Positions 54,301 to 64,000 of a stretch of 64,000 nucleotides of DNA are shown piece by piece. Both the position numbers and the translations under genes were made by a program. Within the stretch, counting starts at the first letter, position 1, and the number at the start of each line of letters is the position of its first letter. The notes under the pieces are model-generated. The model saw only the letters and a program-made list of their open reading frames with translations, ran no database searches and had not been told where the DNA came from. Source of the stretch: Auanema rhodensis (lineage: Eukaryota > Animalia > Nematoda); the NCBI GenBank assembly GCA_964057225.1, contig OZ059898.1, positions 15,624,001 through 15,688,000 of the forward strand. Direction: 5' to 3'.

Positions 54301-56009
54301 TGTAGTAGCTTCAGGTGCGGGAGGAGTTCGGGGAAGAGATTTAAATTCGGGAGTATTAGTAATAGGTTCGTTCGGAATAGGACTTGGGGCTTCGATTTCA
54401 TTTATAATTTGAGAAGGTGTGACTGTTTCAATAGTCAAGGGTGGAAGAGTAACTGGCTCCTCAGTAGTTACCTAGAAAATACATAAAATACAATAACGAT
54501 TAGGTTTGTAACTAACTTCAACAGGAGGTTCAGCAACAACAGGCTGTTCAGTAACAACAGGAGCTTCAGTAACAACAGGAGGTGCAACTGTGGTGACAAC
54601 CTCCTCTACTACAGGTTTAGGATCCTCAGGGATTGTTTCCTCAATCTTGGTAGGCATGCTCTCTCTCTTTTCACGTATTTTTGCTTCCGCTTCTACGGCG
54701 ACTTCCTTACCTTCAGCAATATCATGCTCTTCCTTAAATATTAAATAATTGATATCGAAATATAAAACGGAAAAACTAACCAAGCTCTTTATAATTTCAG
54801 CGTCTTGCTTCATCATTTCCTCGATTTCCTTATCCATTTGAATGTCAAACTAAAATAAAAAAAAAACATAAATTATTAGTTTTACGCGTAAATTACATCA
54901 GATTTTTTATCTCCATTCATTGCCGGAAAGCGAACATCCAAACCTTCTTCATCGAGATATGGGTTAGGAACTTCGGTTGGAGTAGGGGAGGCCTCCTTTT
55001 CTTCCACTTTTTCCACTGGTTTCTCTTCTTTGGGCTCCTTTTCTCCAACTACTTCAGGCGTTACTGGAACCTCTGGAGTTGCAATAGAATCAGCAACTAC
55101 AGGAGGCTGTTCCGTGATCACAGGCACTTCTGTCTTGGGTACAATTGTTTCAGCTGTTTCAGCTGGAGCATTGTGTGCATGAGCATGATCTTCATGAGAA
55201 TGCCCATGATCATCGTGGCTATGTCCATGATCATCGTGACTATGTCCATGATCACCATGACTATGTCCATGCCCACCGTGACTGTGACCATGTGCACCGT
55301 GACTATGACCATGTGCCTGATTGGGCTGGGGTATTGGAAACTCTTCCGGTGGTGGAAGCTTTTGTTCAGCAGCATAAATTTTAGCCTATAAAAGAAGAAT
55401 GGTTTTCCAAAAACAAAACCAAAAGATTTACCTGAACATTGTAATCCCGCACAAGATCAAGCTCTGCATTTATAGAACCTTTAACACAATATTTACACAA
55501 AAAACCTTCATCGGACTGTATACCTGCTATCTTAGGTCCTCCGCTTGTGGGATTTTGAATAACAGTTTTTAGTTCAGTCTTTGTGACAATAGCATCGCGC
55601 AAAAACTCTACGTAAGGCCCTTTATCCACACTCGCTAAGAAAACTACTCCTGATTTTGTTGGATCTCCCAAAATCTTGAAAAACATTATTATAAAAAAGG
55701 CGAAAACATTTAACGTACTCTTCCTTCAATAATATCAATCCTATCACTGAATTTTATGGCAGTCACTTCTATAGACTTATCCTCGCTAGCCTCCAAAAAT
55801 GTAGGATGAGCCGAGGGTATATTTCGAATAAATTTAGCAGTGAATAAAACTTCTTCAAATAGATTTTGATAAACAGATATTGAAGAAAACTACTTACTAT
55901 TACATATATCATCGCCACATATTTTAGTTTTTGGAGTAGCAACACGCTGTTTAGCAGATATACAGGTAAAAGTTAATAAATAAATCTTTAAAAAATTAAT
56001 TAATATCAT
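51396..56009 (-). CDS. TANGO1/MIA3-family ER-exit-site cargo receptor (similar in architecture to C. elegans R148.3/tngl-1), about 20 exons
   Basis: Signal peptide MILINFLKIYLLTFTCISA; MIA/SH3-like domain (KICGDDICN.VLFTAKFIRN...PTFL...IEVTAIKFSDR.DIIEGR...GVVF); His-rich repeat; long P/E/V/T-rich lumenal region; amphipathic helix plus TM helix (GVGIILNILFVITAFVIYLVSYFL); two coiled coils; Pro-rich tail (YSSGGSNGGRSPPPEMPLIEAQPPPG...KPS*). Confidence 0.85.
54090..54170 (-). repeat. coding 27-bp tandem repeat x3 (EATTAPSVI / EATTVPSAF / EATTVPSVF) in the TANGO1-like lumenal region
   Basis: Three near-identical units, actaggaactgttgtggcttcgaat-like on the + strand. Confidence 0.85.
55173..55313 (-). 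repeat. coding 21-bp tandem repeat encoding (HGHSH-xx)7
   Basis: HGHSHGA HGHSHGG HGHSHGD HGHSHDD HGHSHDD HGHSHED HAHAH, in frame in the TANGO1-like exon. Confidence 0.9.
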
Positions 56010-56239
56010 TATTGTAAAATGAACTTACTAAAAATGTTAATGAATGTTTTATCACATTCATTTTTTTAACAAAAAAAAATGAAAATTGAAAAAAAGCTAC
56101 AATTTAACAGACTATCACAGATTCAGCTTCTCAATGGTTCTGAAATAACTAAATTCAGGTAATTTAGGGCTCTTATTATAGTAATCAATTTCAAAATATT
56201 TAAAAAATAATATTAAAATACTTAAAAATCGTTTCTGAT

Positions 56240-56320
56240 AACCGGTGACGTTGTACACCGTGACGCTGTAGCCTACGCTACGTGTATCGAACGGACGGTT
56301 ACTTCGTTGGACATAATCCA
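56240..56320. promoter_or_regulatory. GC-enriched probable promoter island between the divergent TANGO1-like and TMEM254 genes
   Basis: ccGGTGACGTtgtacaccGTGACGCtgtagcctacgCTACGTG: repeated TGACG/ACGT cores in otherwise very AT-rich DNA, ~230 nt upstream of the TANGO1-like ATG. Confidence 0.45.
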
Positions 56321-57169
56321 ACTGTCATACTTATAATCAAAAAACTGTTATATCCTGCGAGTTATATCACAAGATATTACGAATATAATTTTCAAATTAG
56401 CTATTTTAAACGATAATCTATTCAAATATTCTCGTTATATATATTTAACTAAAACAATACGCGTTTCGAAAAATAAATTGACATGCATGAAAACATGCAG
56501 TCATACGATTTCAATTTAGAAACATATCTTATATATGAAAATTAGTTATGCTATTATTTCTACTTATTTTAGTAGGTAGAAGAATAAGTTTTCAGAAAAA
56601 TGCTTTTAGAAATTAGAATTATCGAATGAAGTGCTTCTCCAATAATAAAACAATGTTGAAAGGAATAGCATATCAATGTCATTAAACCCGTTCAAGTTGT
56701 TGTTCATATTAATTTTCCTTTTAAACATATGATTATTGCCAAAAAACGGTTGTAATACGTTGTTGAATGTTTCATAATCTTGTTTATTTTTGATGCCAGT
56801 TAAGCTGTACTGTTAGGTAATCATAGTATCTATCATTGTTAAAAAAGCCTGGTTGGCGCGAAACAAAAGTAAAAGCTAGTATTTTATTGCTATTTTTTCC
56901 TTTAATAAGATGACTTTTGAACTTTTGTTCCAAGTTTTGCTTCAATCTTTCATCTCTTCTGAGAAAAACAAACTGATTTGACCCACTTCAAGAATTTCAC
57001 ATAGACATGCGTAATACGATTAGTTCGCCAGATTATGTTTAAATCAAAATATTTAAGTTCTAACTCTAACTATATTATCCTATTTTTTTTAAATATTTTA
57101 ATATGAATTATTCTCGATCTCAAAGCTGGTTATGTTTCATACTAGATCTTGACTTTTTTCTTACAGACA

Positions 57170-57624
57170 ATGGCTGCAACTACTCGTAGCAGTTACTTTA
57201 AGACTCCAGCTTATTACTGGTGGTTGATAATTCCTTTCGGACTTTTTCTAAACTTCGTAAGTCTTGAAACTGTGATATGATTAATGAGCATGTGCTTTCA
57301 GCTTGCCTGGTACTCTCCAGAATCGCTTAAAACACCATTTTTGCCTGTAATCGGACCTTTTGCATCTCAAATTGGGCTAGAATACCCATTCGCGGTTCAG
57401 ATCACCAACCTATTCGCTTTGCTAGCTCATATTGGAGAAGCTGGTTATGCATATCAGATTGCTTCCAAATGCAAAATGACGTCAGTCAAGAAACCAGTTT
57501 CGGAAATAACAAAATAATTTTCAGATTTTTCACCAAATTGATGTGGACCATCCAAACTTTCATCCTAGGCTTCCCATCGCTATCTTTGATCAGCCGCCAT
57601 CAAGCTCGTAATAAGAGACGTTAA
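57170..57624 (+). CDS. TMEM254-like (DUF4499) membrane protein, 121 aa; exons 57170-57256, 57302-57480, 57525-57624
   Basis: MAATTRSSYFKTPAYYWWLIIPFGLFLNF/LAWYSPESLKTPFLPVIGPFASQIGLEYPFAVQITNLFALLAHIGEAGYAYQIASKCKMT/FFTKLMWTIQTFILGFPSLSLISRHQARNKRR*. TMEM254 motifs YF..P..WW, H..EA.YA and W..QTF..G..SL; acceptor 3 nt before the ATG. Confidence 0.88.
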
Positions 57625-58072
57625 GCATACTCTCCTACATATGATATTAATAAAAAAAATTCCAAACTTACGTGTTATTATGTGCCAATTTTTTAAATTA
57701 ATAAATATTATTTAATTTATATATAATATTTTTCGAAATAATTGAAGAATTTAATCGTTCTATAACTATAAATAATTAATTGAAGATATTCTTATATCCA
57801 ATTGATGATTTTTCTCTGTCTGTTTATCAAGAAAAATCTCATAAATCATCTGTTATGAGAGATATCGATATGTTTGGAAGATCTGCAATTTCATAAATAA
57901 TACATTATGGCAATGATTTTATGTAAACAACAACAATGTTTTTGTATTTTAATTTTATTAAAAGATTAACAACAGTTTCAGAACAAAATGATACAATTAT
58001 TAAACTATGTGTCATTAATATATTTACAAGATTAAAACTTTTTCGTTCTTCATGTGATAATCTTCACTCTCT

Positions 58073-60383
58073 TCACAATTCTTTTTTCTTTTCTATATTT
58101 AAATAATTGAATAACATCATAACTGATGGTAAGCCCACTAAGAATGTTTGAACAAACCACTTGCAACTACATGCCAGACTAGAAATTTAATGATTTTAGT
58201 AAAATCGTAAATTGAAAATGATATTTGTACCTGAAGCGTGCTTTATCACAAAGTATCATAACGTAAATGCCTTCTGCTAGATGAGTCCCAATAAATAATA
58301 CATTCAATATTAAAGCTAAAGATGGATATTGCATTCCAAACCAAGCAGCATATTCTCCAACGATAGGAAGAAGTGGATGGTTCAGAACTTCGGGATTCCA
58401 CCACATATACTGAAATTAGTATTGGATAAGTTAAAAATAATATAAAAATAATTACAAAGTTAAAAAGCATCAACAATGGTAAGACCATCCACCATCCAAT
58501 ACATGGGCTATCAAAATAATCGGGAGGAGTAGGCAAAAGCTTCCTTTTGCTCTCTGTATTACTTGGATCGTATTTGATGCCTAAATATTCCCTTAATGTC
58601 CGAGCAACATTGAATGACACTATTCTGAGAAAACAACGAATATTAATGATTTTTAAAGATAATTCAAATTCTTACCCTTTTACAAAGACGGTAAGAGTGA
58701 CATAGTTAGGCACAAACGATATTACTTTCTCTTTCAGAATGTCATCCACCATCCGACGAGAGCATGAGTCAATACTCATGAATGGGAACCACCTGAGAGA
58801 CCATTTTTTAAAAAATTACGAAAATTTACTTTGCTTTTAAAAAAAGTGAATTTTATGATATTTTTTCATAAATATTTGTACAAAACAAGAATTATGAGAA
58901 AAAAGAAGAGCACAAACATAAATAAAGAATAGTTGTGCAAAGTTTGAGTATAGTTTAATTCATGAATATCTTTGTCTGAGCATAATGCAAATAAAAAACT
59001 CAAATTAAATTACATTTTCAAGAATATTATAATGAAATAAAGATAACAAACGTGCAAGTTGGACGAAGACCTGCATTGCAAACCATTGGAGTTCGTGCAA
59101 AATAAGGACATATCTAAATGAACACGCTGATGTTTGTATTGAATAGTTATATGATATGCTGTATTATAAATCCAAGAAATAGTTAATTGCCTTATTTTAT
59201 AGGAATTTACAACCGGAATTTACGTCTACAGAAAAACGACCGCACTATGTTTTGGAGCGAAACATAATGGAATGGGATTGGGATCCTCATTAGCATAGAG
59301 TTCACGTAAAAACGTTATTTTTGGGTCAATCAGATAGTTGTTGTCATTTGGTTTCAAGGCAAAATTCAAATACATTGCAAACGACATTGATGGGAAATCA
59401 CAAAAGTCTGACGAATTGTTCCAATTAGGTTTACTTACCGTCGTACATTTTATTCCCTCTAATCCCAAATCTCGTAGTTCCATTTGAAGACATTCCATTA
59501 CTCCTCGGACAGCAAATTTGCTTGGACTAAAGCAGATTGTTTGGTTTGCTATTAAGTACATATATCAACTGAACCAGTAAGCTAAACCATATGTTTCTCC
59601 ATAAAATCCAGCTATTGATGCAATAGAAACTATCTGGCCATCATTTCGTTTTTCCATTTCTCCCAGAAATGCCCGAATCGTCTGAAGCATCAAGAGATGA
59701 TGAATATAGAGAGAATATTAAGACAGACATACATTAACAGTACCAATCACATTAACGTCAAAAGATCGTCGAAGCTCTTCTGATGTAAGATCCATGAAAA
59801 ACTTAAACGCAAGCACAGCAGCATTACACACAACAATATCAACTTTTCCTAAAAGATAAACAACAGTCATAAGCTTGTCCAGAACATTCGCAACACACCA
59901 AATTTGGCTTCTACTTCACGAGCTATATTATTCATATTATCTGCATCACTAATATCACATTTAAATGCTGCTGCTTGTCCTCCCAGATCTAATATCCCTT
60001 TGACACAAGCCTCTACGGAACTCTGAGAATAATCTCTATTTAACCTGCCAAATATGACATTGAGAAGAATATTACCAAATTCACATCTAGACATGCGACA
60101 TTGGCTTTATAATGAATAGCAAAAATTTCGGCCATTCGTTTGCCTAAGCCTGAGCCGGCTCCAGTAATCACAATAGTTTTTCCAGTAACATCCTATCAAA
60201 CAAAACAAAATACGAAAAAGAATTAAGAATAGAAAATAAAAAAAATAAAATTGAAAATACAAGAAAGCAAACCTTCTGTTTCAGATTAATCCATCTAAAT
60301 ATATCTCTAGGTATGTCAATTAGAATTAAATGCAAAATGACACCAAGAGTTGCAAGTAGTTTAAATTCCCATTTATTATACAT
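58073..60383 (-). CDS. SDR16C (RDH10/SDR16C5/HSD17B11-like) dehydrogenase fused to a C-terminal TMEM254/DUF4499 domain (C. elegans dhs-29-like)
   Basis: IVITGAGSGLG, FKCDIS, VDIVVCNAA, FDVNVIG, QIVSIASIAG, catalytic YCPSK (split by an intron), ICPYFARTPM. Reads on in frame into DYFDSPCIGWW...THLAEGIY...KWFVQTFLVGLPS...EKKKEL*. Confidence 0.9.
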
Positions 60384-60849
60384 ATCACGTGAGATCTAAA
60401 ATAAAATACAATAATCATCATGTTTATTATCAAAATTTTAGAAAAATAAAACATTTAAATATTTAAATATTTCAATTGAAAATTAAGAATCTTACAAGAT
60501 GAATATTTTGGATATTTGGACGAACTACAAGTGGAAGAGCTTTATCATTCATTACTACCAGAATGATTGATTGAAAAAGTGATTTTCTTTTGTAGTAAAT
60601 GAGTCAATAATATGTTAACTTGTTTCATTTATCATCTATTTTCATCTAAAACAACTCATTTCATCCAAAAAAGAGAATCAAATAACAAAGCTATTTTTAT
60701 ATTTGAACTTGCAACATCAAATAAGAAATGTTCTAGAAAAAAAAAAGTTATAAGATAGAACATTTGTCAAGAGGTGCTGAAGTTATGAGAAAAGAGAGAG
60801 AGAGAGAGAGAGAGAAAAAGAGAGAGACATATACTTATAAGGACAAAAT

Positions 60850-62290
60850 AATATTCTTAAGCATTAACATTTGAAATAACGAATAGTTTGAGAAAGATGA
60901 ATATGGGAATGACCCAATTTCTATAGTAATCGACAGATGATCAGCATAGGCATGAAAGTAACCCGATAGAAGCTTCATACAGTTATGGGCTTGTTTTTTT
61001 GATTTGATAAACATGATAGTGATTAATATTGATCTGGAGAGTGGGATAACGCTCGAACATCTTTGTACGAACATCAGTAGTCCGACTGTCCGTCAAGGCC
61101 GTCATTCAAGTAAACGGGTCACCAACACACAAAAATCTCACATTTTGGGACAATTTTCTACTTGACAAAGATAATCTGCAATACATTGTAACAGTCCCGC
61201 ATAGTCTTACTCTTGGGTTTTTCCAATAGACAGAAGGCCAGACAGATATATTTCTGGGCGTTAAGTGCAAATTTCATAACAAGTACAGAAAGTTAGTGAA
61301 GATGATTGAACACAATTCATTTCCTAAATCCTGATTTCAATAAATCTCTATAATAGCGGTATTCGTCAAATGACCTGATATCAAGCTCTTGAGATACAAC
61401 TGCAGCACTAGTTTTCAAGACAAATCATTTCAAGTTCGTCGCGTATTTATAGAGAACATCATAAAGAGATGCTGAACTTTGATATTTGAGCGAGGGCAAA
61501 GTCATCTTACAGACTCGGGTTTGTAGAAATAACTGAGAAAAAGGAAAATAAGTAAATGACGTCATATTCTAATAATGATTTAGTTTTATAGTTTAGATAA
61601 GCTTTCAAATATGCATGAAAGTTTCATATTTCATGCTAAAAAAGTGAGACACGTACAGGCAGTAGATCACAAAAGTCTGCATAATCCATGAGTTCCAACA
61701 TATAGCGGCTTTCAAACGAAGATACATATGACAAACTAACATGATATCTATATCTTCAATAGTATAAAATGTTTTTTCCTGACATATTACGTCATTTCGT
61801 GATCTTGTTACGTTCATTTTCAGTTTTTTTGCTGCATAAACACATGATAAACATAATTTTTCCGATATATTCATGAAATATCACCCGCTTTGCAATGTCC
61901 TTTCTGGCTATATTATCCCCGAAAATTCCGTTTGAGCTTTGCTGATTTTTCGTAAAATATGCCTTTTCATGCACAATTTGAAGCCACCCAAAAAGAAAAA
62001 GAGCAATTTCTCAGCCAGCATTTCCGAACCATTTAAGTTGTTTGTGTATTAAATATTCTGTGATGAGAATTTGAAAATATCTTGAGAGTGAAATGATACT
62101 CAGCTAGCTTTCAATACTGCTTGACGTATGTTCTTCCTCTTCAGCTATTTCATCATAGTTTCAAAACTCTCGTAAATCTGAATATTAAACTTTACTCGGA
62201 ACAAAAGATAGATATGCTAGAAGTATCACAAGGTACACCGGATATATCCGAATCATAGAAACGGCTTTTCCATATTCCATCTGCTACCTA
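60850..62290 (-). pseudogene. higher-complexity, coding-like segment with splice-like boundaries but stops in all frames; possible decayed gene or mobile-element relic
   Basis: Exon-like pieces, e.g. RYMLELMDYADFCDLLP|gtacg and ctcag|LFLQTRVCKMTLPSLKYQSSASLYDVLYKYATNLK*FVLKTSAAVVSQELDIRSFDEYRYYRDLLKSGFRK*; no intact model could be assembled. Confidence 0.25.
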
Positions 62291-64000
62291 TAGTAGATTC
62301 ATAAGCTTCTCCCCACTTCTCTCCCTCTCTCCCTCTCTCTCTTTCTCTATTTTTTGAAATTTTCCTCCTTCTACACGAATTACAAATTCAATATCTGAAA
62401 TCAAATGCATTCTAGTAGAGTTGGTGTAGCTTAGCTATTGGCTGAAATATCGATTGCACTCCTCAGTAGAGAGCTGAAAGCTCCTCGGTTCTTTAAGCCC
62501 CACCAACCATTCCACTAGCCGTTTCGTCTTTTTTTTTCAAATCTTCACATATATTATATATAAATATATAAATATTAATTAATTCATATATATATGTATA
62601 TTTATAAATAAATTTTTCTTATTTTTTATATAACATTAGTCATAGACGATTGAAAATCAAATTTATTGATAATTCATTATAATTTTCATAAATATCGAAC
62701 ATTTTATTTGATTTTTCTTGTATTTTAGATAAAGTATTATACATCAAAAATCCTTTTTCAGAAATAATTACATATCTCATATATATATATATATATTGTC
62801 TTTATTTCTATAATCTTCTTTAGAATCTCTATAAAACTAAATATTAGATAAAAACTATATTTGCTTATTATTATATGTGAAGCCTTTTCCTTTACTTTTT
62901 AGTAACTTTGTTGCTGGACTAAGGTTACTTCTTTCTTTTTCTCTGTATTGTCTTCTTCTTCTTCTTCTTCTTCTACTACTTCTTCTTCTTCTTCATCTTC
63001 TTTTTCTATAATGCATGATCAGACCACCTGTTTTCTTTTTTTTGTCCGAGATAATTCAAGAAGAAAACAAGCATCTAACCTCAACATATATTTCTGATGA
63101 TTATACATTCGTTTGTATATATATTTCTTTGCCGTTTCGTAGAAATATAAGCTGATTTTCCAAAAATTTTTACGAAATTGGCTATTATGCTCTATAACGA
63201 TGTATGATGTATGATCTGCGTGGTTCCAATGATTCCTCATAAAACTTTCGTAAAATTGCGAAAGTCACATCGAGTCTTCGATTTCAAAGATTTAGCACAT
63301 TACTCCTTTATCCCCTATTGTAGTTTCGATTCGTTTGCTCCAATCATCGTCATCCAATTCTTATTTGTCGGTTTTTTTGGGAACTTTTTTGTCCCCCAAA
63401 GGAAACCAAGTTGACTTTGTTTTAAGAAAATTTCAGCTAACTAACTAACTGAACTACAGATGATGTCATCTGTATTTGTGGCATGCTTGTTCTATTTTTA
63501 GAATTAAATGTTTCTAAATATCTATTGTTGGCATTTCCACTTTGATCACAATCCTATTCAATTCATATCTGCCGAATGTATATATTTCATCTGAAAACAT
63601 AAATATAAATAATAAAATTATATTTTTATTCATTTCATTTCATTCAATGAAAACAAAAACAAGCTTTTGCTGGTGATGATGATGATGTTGATGTCGATGA
63701 TGTTGATGTTGGCGATGATTATAATGGTGGTGGTAAGAAGAAGCTCATCGAATAGATCGTAATCTTCAACTTAAAACTTATCTTCAGCCTTTCGTTGAAT
63801 ATTTTTTCAATTTTTGGTTATTTAAGATGATTTTAAGAAATTACTTAATGAACTCAGCTAAGTTATGATACGAGCTTATAAAGATTTGAAAGAAGGAAAT
63901 ACGAACTCTAATTAGAAGCGCATATTACTCTTTATAATCCAGGATTATGGATTTAGTGTGGTCAGTTGACGTTTTTCTAAAATGTTTTTGTAGCTTTCTA

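Noticed and set aside
55118-55391. Overlapping ORFs with HVHD, MSM or MVI repeats
   Set aside because: Alternative frames and antisense of the (HGHSH)n exon of the TANGO1-like gene.

Overview
AT-rich (roughly 30% GC by eye) eukaryotic DNA with the hallmarks of a nematode genome: many 44-60 nt GT-AG introns, TTTTCAG-like acceptors, acceptors just upstream of start codons (consistent with SL trans-splicing) and a serpentine chemoreceptor gene. The left ~29 kb holds only the first two coding exons of a minus-strand FAM43-like PTB-domain gene. The rest of it is a gene-poor, purine-skewed, microsatellite-rich upstream region, and most ORF-track entries there are repeat artefacts. The right ~35 kb is gene-dense. 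It carries a small tail-anchored membrane protein, a DHRS7B-like SDR with a secreted Pro/Thr-rich gene nested antisense in its 3.3 kb last intron, an Sra-superfamily GPCR, a long coiled-coil protein, an unknown small protein, a TANGO1/MIA3-like ER-exit receptor with an (HGHSH)7 repeat, a stand-alone TMEM254 (DUF4499) gene, and a convergent SDR16C-TMEM254 fusion gene sharing the same two intron positions in that domain. All gene models were spliced by hand. Family calls come from remembered motifs, not from database searches.
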